DNA of 63,962 nt, the filler included, from Gonapodya sp. JEL0774 (Eukaryota): the NCBI GenBank assembly GCA_027604505.1. It is 4 parts of 4 records of this genome, joined end to end, with 100 filler letters (N's around TTAATTAATTAA, not from the genome) between each part and the next. Parts side by side here need not be neighbours in the genome. Positions count along the whole stretch, not along the records: positions 1 to 17,826 come from JADIIX010000266.1; 3 more parts are not named here. One strand, written 5' to 3'. Under the pieces are notes generated by a model that was not told where the DNA came from, ran no database searches, and saw nothing but the letters and a program-made list of their open reading frames with translations. Positions within the stretch are counted from its first letter, which is position 1; each line of letters starts with the position of its first letter. Of this stretch, positions 1-13,635 are shown piece by piece. The position numbers were made by a program, and so were the translations under genes.

Positions 1-1800
1 GAGCGGTGGGTGGAGGATGAGACTCGCGTTGTGAGTTGATCAGAGATGATGTTGACAGGGTGTGGAGAGGAACGCGAGGAAACCTCAGCACATGTCGCAG
101 AGGAAATCAGTGCTTCCATTGATCCATTTTCGGTTTTGTCCTGGTTATGTTTAGAGCAAGGGCGCTACTAATGAAGACAGACGTGTTACTGCTCGACGAA
201 CCAAGTGTGTAGGAATAGACTGTTACATATTCGAGCGTGGTCTTTTGATCATCCACACGTTTCTTCCCCACTTCCTTTTCCAGCCAACCATCTCGACCTC
301 CCAGCTACCCTGTGGCTTCTCGACTATCTCCGCAATCTGGCTTCCACCACTGTAGTTCTCGTCTCCCACGATCGCCATTTTCTGAACTCGGTCGCTGACG
401 AGATGATTCTGTTTAAAGACAAGACTCTGCGATACTACGAAGGGAATTATGACGAGTTTATAAAGCAAAGGGAGGAAGAGCTTGCGAAGAAGGTCAAGCA
501 GCAGGAGGTAGGTTATTGGGGCTTCTTTTCATACACAGTTGAGAATGAGGATAGAACGCTGCACCGTCGGACCTGCAGAACCTTGACCGGCAAAAGGAGC
601 ACATGAAGAAATCCATTGAAAAGGGTATCCAGCATGCGAAACGGACTGGCGATGATAAAGCTCTGGGTATGGTAGCAAGTCGGAAAAAGGTTTGTTCCCT
701 TGAACAGCTAAGTGTTTGTATGGCCAAGTGTGTTCTCACCACGACCTGTGCAGAAACTCGAACACTTCGGTCTCGCTAAAACCGAAACTGGCAAACACTG
801 GAAAGTTTCCGTCATGGGGTGGCGTGAAGAAGTCCAGTTTGAGGCGCGGGAACGAGACGTGCACTTCGAACTGTGGGACCCCACGCCGCCAATCAGATCG
901 ACGGGTGCGGTGCTGCAATTGAATGATGTAGGGTTCTCGTATGAGGGGAAGGGTGGAAAGATGATTTTGGAGAAGGTGACGATGGGTGTGGAGATGGGAA
1001 GTAGGATTGGGATTGTTGGGCCGAACGGGGCGGGTGCGTGTGTTGTCGTGGCATATCATTGATATCAGCACGAAGCATTTATTTTGTTGCGGTGCTTTGT
1101 CGGCAGGTAAATCTACCTTGCTGCATCTTCTCACCGGTGAGCTCAAGCCCACCTCGGGCGAAGTTCTGACGACCTCCCGACCAAAAATCGCCTATTTTTC
1201 GCAACACCACATTGATGCGCTGGGTGACATGAAGGCCATGACACCCCTTGAGTACTTTGCCGACAAGTTCAACTTCTCAAAGGAGCAAGAGGTGTGGGAT
1301 TATCTCGGCGAGTGGCAACTCGCGGGTAAAGTTGCACAGAGACGGATGGATGGATTGAGTGGGGGCGAGAAAGCCAGGGTGGTGCTCGGAACCATTATGT
1401 ATGACCATCCGCACATCATCTGTTTTGATGAGCCGAGTGAGAGGAACCACCACACTTCTACAGTTTCGAGATCGTTATTGTCTAAATAATCCTTCTAACA
1501 TCATCAGCGAACCACATGGACATCTTCTCCATCAGCGCCCTGACATCCGCGATCCAATCATTCACCGGAGGGGTGATAGTCGTATCCCACGATGTGCGAT
1601 TCCTTATGGAGACATGCACCGAGGTGTATGCTCTCCGAGAGGGCACTGCAGGTGCGCCAAGCCGGCTCGAACGTCTCGGCAAGGGTGAGGGTGTTGCAGA
1701 GGGTGTGAATAACTATCTTACCCAGGTGACGAAAAAGGTGCAGAAGGAGGCGAGGTTGCGTGAGAAAGAGCGTTCGAAGTCCGCTAATCGATCGAGCTAA
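1..1800 (+). CDS. ABC-F family ATPase (ABCF3/GCN20/ARB1-like), 5'-truncated, multi-exon
   Basis: Spliced translation gives the first-NBD Walker B LLLDEPTNHLD and VSHDRHFLN, a linker, then a second NBD with GIVGPNGAGKSTLL, YFSQHH, signature LSGGEKARV, CFDEP and VVSHD. No TM segments. GT-AG introns at about 205-283, 508-577, 690-753, 1034-1106 and 1436-1507. Stop TAA at 1798-1800. Confidence 0.92.
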
Positions 1801-2109
1801 AACAGTTGAGCTTTTAGCACTGTTCTGTTTTCTTTATCGTATTTTATGAGAGCAATTTTTGAGAACAAGGTGGATTTCCAGTGATGATTGACGGATGTCC
1901 CCGAAGTTGTTGGGCAGAAAGCATTCATAGTGATGCGTGTATAGCACGGTTTCTCTGGCATGGAGGATATTGTGTTCAAAATTGGTTACATATCTATTTG
2001 AATAGCAGTGATAATGTTGCGTCGTCTGCCCGTTGTTTGTGTTCCCAGCATATGAGCCGTGGTCCTGTGGTGCGTGACCCACAGACACATGGCGCACCAT
2101 TTTGAAACA

Positions 2110-3990
2110 CTACAACTTCACGCCATCTGTTCCCAGCTCCCCTACTCCTGCGACACCCCTCATGTACTCCCAGACCCCCTTCATCACGTCTTCCCCTTGC
2201 TGCCCTTGCTCCTTCAACCCCTTTTGCCACTTAGCTCCCTCCACCTTCTCTGCTGTGGGTCCTTGGATAAGCGCACCATTTGGTATATCTGAAGGGGAAG
2301 ATGTAAGAACATAGACAACAGATTTAGCATAAATCTCGGGTGTGGTTGCGCCGAGAAGGGGAATGTACGGGAGAAAAGGGCGGGCACTGATATAATGACA
2401 AGAAAGTGACATGGAAGCAGGCGCGGTTCATGAGATGTGAAACTGGTGCGAAAAAGAGAAGAAGAGTCGATTGGTCTCACAGGTTGTAGAGTTGTGGTAA
2501 GGGGAATGGCAATCCGATATTGGTGGGCGAGTCAGTGGTGATAAAGCCTAGGATTTGATATAGCGTGAAGTTGGATGATGAACTTCGCACATGGTACTAC
2601 CTGCCACCAAACCGTCCAACTCACCAGGAAAAGCGTGTATGTACCTCACACCGTCCTTCCCCTGCCGTCTCGCCCACTCCACTGCAACAACATCGTTCAC
2701 TTGACTCGCCACATTCGCTGCCGCCAGGGTCCCAAAAGCCCCGGACTTTTTCAGCTGCAAGTCCGTTACATCAGGCGCCTTGAAGCCGTTGCCGGCACCC
2801 GAGACATTGAGAATGACCCCAGGGGGAGTGGCGCGGCGGAGGTAAGGGAAGAGGAGGTGGGGAAGTGCGAAGCTGGAGGAAGGTGGTGGGTGGCAAGGGG
2901 AGAGTGAAGTGGGGGCGAGCACGCCAAGAGGTGCAGGCTACATCTCAAAAAATTCGCGACGAGATTGAGCACTCTTCGGCAGGCAAGGCTCGTTTCCATT
3001 CAATTTTCAACTTCCAATTCCAGACCCTTGGTAGCTGTGCGCTGACTGTGGAGTTCTCGTTTGCTATTTCGGAATCCATTGACGACGCTCTTCCACTCAC
3101 CGACTCCCCACATTAGTCATAAACGAACTCTCATTCCCTTCTGCCGTCATCTTGGGTCCCCTAATCGCCAACCCTCCGGCACAGAGCACCATATAATGGA
3201 GTCCATCTCTCTCGACACTACCTCCGTTCGCTTGGGGAACTTTATCGGCAAGGGTACGACATTCGGACAGAAGAGATGTGTCTGTGGGGAGGAACGCGAT
3301 GTGAGGTGATGTGGAGGACTTGGTAGACGTTATCTCCGCCAGGCGGATGACATTCGCTGCACGTTCCGGGTTGCGACCAGCAATGATGACGTTGGAGCCT
3401 GGGTAAGATTAGACATATCAGTTTAATGAGCGCACGAGGCAAGAGAGGTAATTCTTGGGGTTGAATCCCGTGACGATGCACAATCTCCTGCCGAAGTCGC
3501 TCCACAACCTGCCACGCCATACCCCTTGCAGCGCTTCCGTTACAGCACACATTCGATCTTCTCAAATTAATTTCATACCAGCAAAATGAGACCAGGCCAT
3601 CTAAAGTGCGTAACTGTAGCCCAACAGATATCCGTGCCACTCTCCCATTCGCCGAGGTTCCCTCTCCAGTCGTCAGACTAGCACTTCAAGTCCATTACAG
3701 TGAGAAAACCTCCCGCCATGACGCGAGCTGGAACTGCCGATGGCAAAACTTCTTCAAGCCGAGCGTGGTACGTGCAAAGGTCATCAGTCCTTTCCCAAAC
3801 GAATTCAATTCCCCCTTGGCGAATCGTGCCACAACTCTACTTGAGCAATTCAGGCATAGAACAAACCTCTAGAGTACAGCAGCAAAGCAACAGCCGCGCC
3901 AATGCCCTGTGTTCCACCGACAACCAGCGCGTTTCTTCCAGTCAAATCAAGAGTTCCGGTTGCGCCTGCAATGTGGGCAAGAGATGGCAT
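2110..3990 (-). CDS. Short-chain dehydrogenase/reductase-like NAD(P)-binding oxidoreductase, multi-exon
   Basis: Exon 1 (ATG at 3990) reads MPSLAHIAGATGTLDLTGRNALVVGGTQGIGAAVALLL (Rossmann GGTxGIG). Exon 2 reads SNVIIAGRNPERA. Later exons read GVILNVSGAG and VRYIHAFPG. Final exon ends ...GVKL* at 2110. Confidence 0.85.
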
Positions 3991-4875
3991 TGCGTGGAGG
4001 ATGTGAATAAGTGGACTAGTGTGCGGGGTATATGAAGGGAGTGACGAGCAAAACGGCTGGCGATGAATGGGAAGAATTGGATCGGAGGCGCTTGAACCTG
4101 TGGACCCGCGATGAAACTTTGCGCAGTATCCTACAGTAATTGATTACGAATTCGGAAGAGAATCAGACGCGAAAGATGGAATGACAACGAAACGCAGGTT
4201 TAAAAGAATAGTTTTGCTCTTCTTGAGATGGAGCCTGGAGGGAACCCAGTGCGACGATTTGGATACTGAGGACGTTTACACAGTCATTATAAAGATCTAC
4301 TAAACAAATTACTTCCACAGATAGCTGGCTGCTCCCACTCTCACCCTTTCGCATTCTTTGCCGGCTTCTTTGACTGGATGTCTCCTTGGATGTGTCAAGT
4401 ACTAGTGTGAATTTTGCATTTTTACTCCGTTTTCCCAACACGCAGCTCCACAAATGCTGTTACGTTTCATCTGCATGGGCGCAGATTGGTACTTCAATCC
4501 GTTTGCTGCATGAACTGCCTAGCAGTGCACGTAAACTCTCACCGTTGTCGCCAGCATAGTGTTCGAACTTCGTGCAAGCCCGGCTTTCCTGAATCCTGCC
4601 CTCGCACAACGAACCCCACCAGCGTCGCTCCTAATATCACATATTCTGAACAGAAGATAATGAACGATTCTGGCCATACTCTACTGTATTATGTAAGAGT
4701 CTGTTCAGAACGTGCATACAACTCTGACCCGACTCGGCTCCACCGAGAATCCGTTCATATTCTGGATTCTCAGTTCTGCGGCGTTCTCCGGACTGAGACT
4801 CTCAGATCGCACTTAAAATCAACAGCCGTGTAGCAACAGTTCCTTCTCACCGCTACTTTGCACCCATCCACACTC

Positions 4876-6178
4876 ATGGCACGGGCCACCTTCGATCGAC
4901 AGCCTCCCAATCGAATCAACTGAGATTATCCTCGGTTATCTATCAACGCAAGAAACCCTGTTCGGCTTGGCGTCAACGTAACAATTGTTTCCTGTGGGAT
5001 CGAAACAGGGGCCAAGCAATAACACTCACGAAACACTCTCGGTTTGATAACCCAGACCGTGTTCATGGCTGGCTGGTGTTTCTTCACGTGGAGCTGGATT
5101 GCCGGTATGGAGGTTGTCAGTATGATGGCGCACAGTTTGTCGGCCCCGGCTTTGATGCCGCCGCACGAACTGCGATTTTGGAGTGGAATGCTCTTCTCCG
5201 TGGATTTCATATTATCTACGCAGCTCTCTCAATCCAGAATAGGTCTGGAGCACTGTCACCGAGCAACTTGTGGTCTCTCGTCAATCACACCCAACCACTC
5301 AGAACACAGTCGCCTATCCATAACTTACAATCTCTGATAACATTTTCTGTCGCTGGAAATTTACAGTGGATGGTCCTCAGTGCGAGGACTATCGAATTGA
5401 TGGGGTCACCAGCTTGGATAATCAGACTTGGGAGGCCACCCGTCAGATGCTCCCTTCTCTCAATGGTTTTGTAGCGAAACGTTTTCCAGCAACTCAATTG
5501 GCATGGGCAGAACGACTAGATGTGGACCGCTCTAGTCAAATGGGCCTTAATGCTTTGAATCTCTTCCCCCGAGGGTCCAGAGTCGAGTATGACAAATTGG
5601 GACCCCGCAGCCTTCTCCATGGTCCAATGCAGCACCAGCTACCTCTTGAACCGGTCCCAATTGTGGAGTATCTGGGTGTCGATCTTGTCCTTCCCCGCGC
5701 TGGGTCTGTGCAGTGACTAGCCCCCCTCGGTTCTGCTTTAAGAGTGCGACTCCCAAACCTCCGGACAATCAAAGTTGCCATGTCAGTAGCGGCCTATAGT
5801 AGAGGCATCCGCGAACTCTCACAGCACATTGGAGCGTTCCTTAACGATTTGCGCGTGAGAGTCACATCAGTCATCTTTGACTTCCCAGACTCTCGCGGGC
5901 GTCCTGATGTGCAAGCAGCGACACCAATCTTGCTTGATCGAGTGACACAGATATGCGGAGTAACGAAGACCAAGACCACTACTCCCCATGTAGTTCACCA
6001 CCCATGGCGCACCTTTGGTCAGAGGGATGTGTCCACCAGATTCAGGTCACAGAGTGAACAGAGCTACGGGGGTGGCTGTTCTGTGACATTTCCAGTAGTG
6101 CACGATTGTCATCATGATGTGTATTGTGTAATCAAGATGGCCAAAGAACAATCGTTTTCCAGAGGTTTCCTCTCCTGA
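4876..6178 (+). pseudogene. Probable decayed F-box protein gene
   Basis: 4889-4978 translates PSIDSLPIESTEIILGYLSTQETLFGLAS, which is F-box-like (LPxE..xIL.YL). It is one nucleotide out of frame with the ATG at 4876. Downstream fragments (5366-5716, 5744-6178, LRLPNLRTI) lie in different frames. Confidence 0.4.
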
Positions 6179-6363
6179 ATTTTGAGTGCAATTGTTTGTG
6201 GCTCTATGCTTGCAGAGTTGGGGCGTGAAATGGGTTTGATTACTACGGGTATATGTACAATGCTGGATGCACAGTACCTGCAGAAAATCTACTACTCTAT
6301 TTTCAACAAAGATAATAACAACTCTGTCACCAGTTTCCCTCTCTTCCTTCTTTGAACGACCCC

Positions 6364-7540
6364 TTAATGCACGTCGCACATGCCTTTCCTGCCCCCAACA
6401 ACAAACCCCAACAGTTTTGCTCCTATAAATACATCGTCCACCTGCTTAGTCAGCTGTGCTTGGATGTTCTTGGTCCAGGTGGCGCTGAATACTGCTGGTG
6501 TGGTTACGTACGTTCGGTACTCGAGGATGGCAGAGATGTCTAGGTACGAGGAGGAGGTTCGTGGAAGGGGTACCATTCAAGTATCCCGCCAGGTATCATA
6601 AATGCGCATTTGAATGGTTTACCTTGCGCAATCATCTCCGGATGCCCCTGTACGGAGAGGCATCGATCATCGAGCACTTGCCCTTGGTTTGGAGCACGAG
6701 AGTTGGAGAGAATAATGCAAAAATTTGGTGGAGTGATTTTGACATGGTCCTTGAGATGTTTGGAGGTGGTGTAAGCTGCAAGCAGGATTCTGATGATTGA
6801 GAAAAAGAAACCGAACCTGATGTGACAGCATCATCGCAACACTCTCCCTCCCCCACAACTCTTTTCCTTCTCCTACCGCCTCTACCTGTGTCCAACCAAC
6901 TTCCCACCCGTCTTCCATCCTTCCCACTTTCCCACCAAACGCTTCTGCAATAACTTGATGGCCGAAACACACGCCTACGAATCGAATTGCGTCGATGTGA
7001 TCCCGAATAAACTGCTTCAACGCCACAATCCACGGATCAAGGTCAAAAGCATTGGCCTTTGAGCCGCTGATGAGGATCGCAGAGTAATTGGATAATTGGT
7101 CGGCGGAAGGGAGTTGTCCTAGGAATGCGTCGAATCTGTCGAAGGAGAGGCGGAGATTGAGGTGGGCGAGGTGTCTTTTGTTCGCAGCAAGGAGGAGCCG
7201 TGGGAACCTTCGCGTTCATTGTTGTGTGCAGTCCGTTCGGGACAGGTCGGTGTATGTATGTACCCTGCGGCGGCCCGCAACCGTGAAAGACCACTTACCA
7301 GTCCATCTGGTCCCCCATCCGAGCTTTGTGCCACTCTGTCAGTCCATCACACACGAGAACTGCGATTCGGACATCGGTTGGGGCGGCTGCCTCTATGGGT
7401 AAAGATGCCCCGAAGGCGGATGAAGTTTGCGTCGTGATCGAGGCGGACGGGTGAGGAGTTTCGGTCAACGTTGGGGCAGAAATGGAAGATGCATCCAGAG
7501 GTGGTGTCGTTTGCGGGGCCGATAAGTCTTGAGCGGGCAT
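6364..7540 (-). CDS. Class I glutamine amidotransferase-like protein, multi-exon
   Basis: RIAVLVCD near the N-terminus, nucleophile elbow VGVCFGHQVIAEAFGGKV, GWEVG, SHQ, and VQGHPE (about 6635-6652), completing a Cys-His-Glu triad. Confidence 0.88.
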
Positions 7541-10286
7541 CGGATGACGGAATCGAATTATGTTGCACTGCAGAAACGATCAGAACAACCGCCCAACAAC
7601 TCAACGCACCCAGCCCGCGTTGAGCGTCCATTAAATTATCCATATTTTCAAGTACCCTAGCTTTTCTACATAAGATGTAGCCAATAAGTTCAATGACAAG
7701 CGAACATCATGCCCATTTCTATCCAGTCTAACATGAAGAAGTTCTCTAAGGTTAGTGAGTGAGGAAAAGTGACGGGTGGAGCCTCGACAACGATTTCAGC
7801 AAGATCCACCTAGTTTTTGTTGATTGGAGAGGGGTGCAGCAAAATGGTGGCCGGGAACCTGGAGATTATGGCCCTGTGCTTGAATCATGCACTCTTGGCG
7901 ACCCGCGTCCGCTAAATCCACGACCACACTCCGCACCTCTGCATCAACATTAACGCTATGTATTGCTTTAGCTCTTCGTTGATCGCCACAGGATACAGAT
8001 CATAGCTGCAACACTTTAGCTTCAAACTCCGGTGCGTCTGAATCGGCTTCTACCCCAACGGTCCCGCGACCTCACCGCCCATTGCTCTCGTACAGTTTGG
8101 GTGAAAGCACACGTTCTCTAACACATTTTATGGTTGTTGTGGCCTTGGATGAGGACAGCCGAGGCATCCTCAAACACACACCTCCCACCAACCGAGGTTT
8201 TTCCATCAACAACCCGGTCAAAAACTGATGCCCCCCGCACCCAAGCCCAAAATTGACTACTATGATCAACCAAAGGTGTCTAGAGCTTTGCCGCCATAAA
8301 CAGGGGGGACATAATCATGACTGAGGAGTTCGCGCCATGAAGGGACTCTACACCGACGGGCAGCAGATGGGACACGCTCAAAGCTTGAAAAGTGATGGAT
8401 ATCATGGAGGACGCGAGTGCCAGCCTAGAGACCTTTCCTCTGGGCCGTCCGTTTTGAGGAACCAGGGAGCGTCGCTTTGCAACAGAAGTTTCCTTAGGAG
8501 TGGGACAATGCACGCTCTTTCCAACAAGCGGCTCGCTTTCGACGATATTATCGTTTTGCTCAAATGAGGGTTTGTGCACTGCGATTGGACAGGGGCTGTC
8601 CTATAAAAATGAGAGTCTGCCAGATGCGGCAAGGGAGACGGTGTAAAGTACTGGAGACGCTTCGCTTCTCAAATTGGCCATGTGACCACTTTACCACAAC
8701 ACCTCAGTGGACTCTTGCGGTTTTCTTTCCACAGTTTTTGTTCTGTCTTTGCTAGTTCTCAAGCCTCAATGCTCTCCATCCTGACATCCTAGGTCGACTT
8801 CACCCTCCTTCCAGACACATCACTCCGTCGATATCGACGCGCCCACCGCCTTCTCGGTCTACCACCGGACGCCCCGAAAGAGGACCTTGCACGTGAAGCC
8901 GCTCGACATTTCGCGTCACAGACGGTCGACGAAAAGGACTCAATAGTCCACTTTGTGTACTGGGTGAGGAACCGAGGTGAGTGGTAGATGATGACATACT
9001 GCCAAAGTGGCGCGTGGGAGGGAGCAGGAACTGTCTGGTGAACGGCGGTAAAGCTGGAAAGGGAATCTTAGCAGAGAACTCTGGGTCCTGGTGGAGTTGG
9101 TGGCTGAGTGTTTTTGAGTACGCTATCTGCAGTCATCGCGCTACTACAAGCACATTAAGTAGCTATGTCTACAACGGGATGGTGGAATGGAACGGTCCGA
9201 GTGATGGTGGATTCTAACTTTGACGGAAATATGGTGGCAGCTCCGCTGACCAGAATCAGCGCTCACGTCGTGAACGGAGGAACTGAAAAAAAAGAACTAG
9301 GAAAGCAAAGCTCCCCATCCTGCTGTATCTCCTTACCACCCTTGCCTGCTCCTATTCACTACCCCTCCCTTCCAGACCGTGTCCTGAAACTCCCCCCGAC
9401 ACTCCCCAACGATCCTTACCCCGATTCCACTCCCTCCACCAATGCCAACGTGGTCTCTTTACATTCTTCCTCCTCCTCTGTGGTGGCACCGAACCAGACC
9501 GCCGCTTCAGTCGCTGAGGACCCTGTATCGAGTGCAGACAAGGGAAAGGCGGTGGAGAGCGGGGCTCACTCGTTTCAAACTCGATAGTTTTATCACAACA
9601 CCTTAATATTCTCCGTGTACTTTCAAATGATTTGTCCACTTTGATTCAAAGTTTTTCGGTCATGCTCAGGTCCTGCTCAGGTTGCTGTTTTCATAGGAAG
9701 CATGGGCTTCCTGCCAGCTGAATACTTTGCGAGGTCATCAGCAATTCTTGTTGAATTCTAGTCGCATATGGTGATGCAGTGTCCTGCAATAATCCCATGA
9801 GGGTCTTGTACACTGTGGAACGCTCTATGATTCCATCGCAAGAGAACCGTCTAATATCTCGTCACCACTGAGTTGTTCTATATCCCCGAAACGAACACCT
9901 ATAAGAGAAATTGACATAAATCTCTCTCATTGGCGAGCGCTACAGGGATATCAGGGTTATCGGTAGTTAACTTAGTATGCGGAGTCTTGGACTTCGAGAC
10001 TCGATCGCCTCGAAATGGGCCAAGAATGGCTTCTCTCACGCTTGGTTGTGTCTCAGAGCTCTGGTGATTCTTTGAAGGAGGCTGTGATGGCATCCTTCTT
10101 GGGTGGCTTGACCCATGAGCAAGACCCACGAGAGGGCATTGTAAAGGCAAAATCATGCGATACTCAGAGCAGTGAATAGGTTTTCGCGAGAAGCTCTATC
10201 CGATGTATCTTGCGTATATGTGAAATCCGCCTGCTGAGGTTTACTTCGTCCTAAGAAGATGGGTCCCGCGTTATGGATAGTCGGTC

Positions 10287-12717
10287 ATGAGCCCGACAGC
10301 CGACGAAGCAATTCCAAAGACCACGCCCCTTTGCATATACGACGTAGTTCTTGAGAATTGCCCATACGACAAGGCATGGTTGTGTGTAATGAGTGTGACG
10401 CAATCTTTGTTAAATTTAAAGCCAATAGATGGATGCGAGGCGGCATGCTTTATCATACAAAAATGCTATCTCTTGTCGTGCTATTCTGCCGTATGGATCG
10501 CGTAAATACAAAAATTACGAAACTGTTTGGTGTTTCCAAGTTTACACGGACAGATCTGACATCCTTCGCGACAGCAGGCCCAGCCCTCAGGCGGGAAGTC
10601 TGCCAAACGCCGAGATCCCCGAACTCATCCTCAATCGAACAAAAAGCCACCGAAGGCTTGGGAAAGGGACGTTAGCAACTCTCGATACAGGAAAGAGTGA
10701 CGCAACGCTCGAGGAGTGGATGAAAGAGAAGACGGACGAGACGGAACACTTTGGATCTCCCACATCTGTCCGTTTCTCAATTAAGGGACCAACGAAGAAA
10801 AGGACAGGAGGACGGAAAGAAGAAGTTGACAAGTGCGCAGTTGAAGATTCAAAGAGCAAAGCAACAGAGAGGGACTTGGATTTGGGGTGAATTGTTGAGA
10901 GATTTGGGAACAACCACAGAAGTGAGCGCCAGGCCGTAATTCAACAAACCGCGTCTGTCCCCGATCCTGGATCTGAAAGCATTACAACTCCGCAGATGTC
11001 AGCACCATTCCATCCCTTGGCTTTCGGAGTTCCCACGACCGGGCATGCCAAACGGCGAAGGTCGGCTAGGGGATCCGAACCTCTGAACTGGGACCAGCGC
11101 GCCCTCTTGGACGAAAGAACACTTTCTTCGACGTATATGCACGTCCTGAAAAGAGCCCGGCACGGCGAAAGCGTCCTGGACACTCGCTCTTACAACTACC
11201 TTCCGCAGGAACTGAGCTCAAGGCCTCCGTTCCCTTACCCCCCGACTTTGCATCCGCCTCTCGCGTCGCCCTCTGTTCAAGTTACCATAAATGCGCAGTA
11301 TCAGTTCCCCAACCCTCCTATCCACCATCACCAGAATACCGTCTTTCAGCACTATGCGAGCTTACCATACAATCACGGCACCTCTCCCTCCGATATTTAT
11401 GGCGAATCCGTAAACTATCACCCTCAGTCTCCCGCGCTTGCAAATGCACCAGCTGCGAGCACGGGACAGAACTATCCACCTCTGCCCCATGCGTCCACGC
11501 TGCAACCTTCCCATCCAGCCATGCCTCAAGCCCGTGACATGGCACATTCTCCGGTGTTGACACCACCTCTGACGCCAGTCATAAGGTGAGCTTCGTTTGT
11601 CCAACTAGGTTTTCAGGGCAGAGACCATCAGCCGTCAGATTTTCACAAGGGTCCTGTGCCCACGCACCGTGGTGGCAGTGGCCCAGTGAGGAGAGCTTTT
11701 GCACGTATTGGAATTCACCTCGAGTTCATTGTTGTGGCGATATAGAGTGTAGGTACAACGTGTACCTGTAACTTACCATTCACTTTTTCCCTTCTCAGCG
11801 CCCAATCCCCGGAACCTCTTCCACCCCTCTGCACGTCGGTGATCCACTACCCTTCCAAGCCCACAAACCAATTTCTGGCGCCTTCACAGCACTGTTATTC
11901 ACTTCCTCATAGCAATTCTCTCTTTCCTCCCTTTTCCGCGCGTGCACCACCTTCTGCACCCCCAAGCCACGATATGCTACCTCCGCCTCCGCGCGCCAGA
12001 CTTCCTAGTGCTGCCCCTCAGTCCTCGCATTTCCCTGGAGGTGACGGCTACCTTTTGAATCCCCCGCGGCCCGTATCGTGCTTCGCCCCTCCTGTTCTTG
12101 TATCAAGTTCATGGACACCAGTCCATGCACACCCCATATCTGCTCTTCCTTCCCCGTCCGCCACACCTCCGCCCAACCCGTTCTCCGAACCAAGCAGCAA
12201 TACTTCACCGGCAACATATCCACTGACCCAGTTCACGATAGCCCTCCTCCAGGCCCACCTCCGCACTCAAGCCACGGAGATACAACCAGCCAACCCGTTC
12301 TCCTCCGTACCTGCTGCTGCCAACACGGCCATTGCCGCTTATCCCATCGATGAACGTGTTTCCCGCTGGGTTAACGACAGTTGTGCGTGGGTCGGTGTTG
12401 GAGGGGACGACGTTTGGCGGTGGCAGGAGGGAGAGAGAGACCCCGGAGAGTGGTGGGCCCAAAAAGACGACGACGATCTGTCGAGTGGAAATGGTGCCAA
12501 TGCAGAAGCTTCCGTCGCACTTGGTGAACCCCGGTCGAACTCTCGGCTGAGCACTTTGTCACAACCGCCAAGGCGAGCTTCCGCCCCCCCAATCGACCCT
12601 CACTCAAGGTGGGAAAGTGGTTTTGGTGCATCAGGACTTCCATCAACCAAGAAGTTTGGATATCGATTCGGCGCCGCTGGGCACGCGGCTCATCATGGAA
12701 TATTGCCGAGATGGTAA
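10287..12717 (+). CDS. Hypothetical protein with a small N-terminal globular (possibly RRM-like) domain and a long Pro/Ser-rich disordered region
   Basis: Consecutive + ORFs 10287, 10429-10890, 10996-11589 and 11839-12717 are separated by intron-like segments (e.g. GTGAG at about 11586, pyrimidine tract and CAG at about 11798). Confidence 0.55.
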
Positions 12718-13635
12718 ATGGGAATTTGGGGGGAGCTCAACTCTTCGCAATTTTTGTGGTCGTTGCAGCACTGCACACTTTTCGCCATGTTGGAATTACA
12801 GTCTAGAAAGGAACTATTCTTTAGTTGCACACGAGTCTCCACAAGATTGAGATCGTCAACATGACCAAGTGGGACAGATCAACGGACACTTCACGCTTTT
12901 CAGACTTACCCACACGGACCATGTCATAAAACTTTTGGATGAGGGTTTTTGGTGGACTTTCTAACGTTATAAAGTCGATTCCATTGATGATATCCCCGCA
13001 ATCAGCTTTAGGTTGTATTACTTTAACCTCACGATACCAAAAGCAAAATAGAGTGCAGCGCATCTTGGATGTACCCTCGTTTGGCAAACGCGCACCACAG
13101 GAAGATCGGATGCCGGGCGGAGTGTCTCCATACATAATTGAAGCGCAATGCAACAATTTAGTCCCACTTGTGCGGGAACCCTGCCGAAGCTATGATAAGA
13201 ATTCAGCATTCGTGGCATATGTTCCCGAACATCAATACATTGACGAATACTCATGACCTTAAGCAATTATTTGCGTTGAAGCACTGGGTGCGAAGATCTA
13301 GTGCTGTGTTTTGAAAGGGCAACCTCGGGCAATTTCTGTCCCTTTTGTCGTCAGGTCGATGCAACCCGCACAAACCCCTTCCCTCGATATATCCATTACA
13401 GTCTTGAAACGCCCGCTGTCTCTGGAATCAATTCAGAAGCACTCGACCTTTTGCGTCTAAAATTGACTAAAGCATCAGTCTCTTGTTCCTGATTGGTGCC
13501 ATCAAAGCCCCTTGACGTCAACGTTGCGCCATCACATCTCCCCAAGCCATCCACCCCCGACGAGGAGAGCTCCTCCCTCCACTGCCGGCTCATAAACTCT
13601 TCGGCAGAGGTGTTCTTCTTTTCTGAACTTGTACT

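Noticed and set aside
7700..10200. Short ORF fragments between the amidotransferase and the Pro-rich gene
   Set aside because: No recognisable motif or consistent exon chain.
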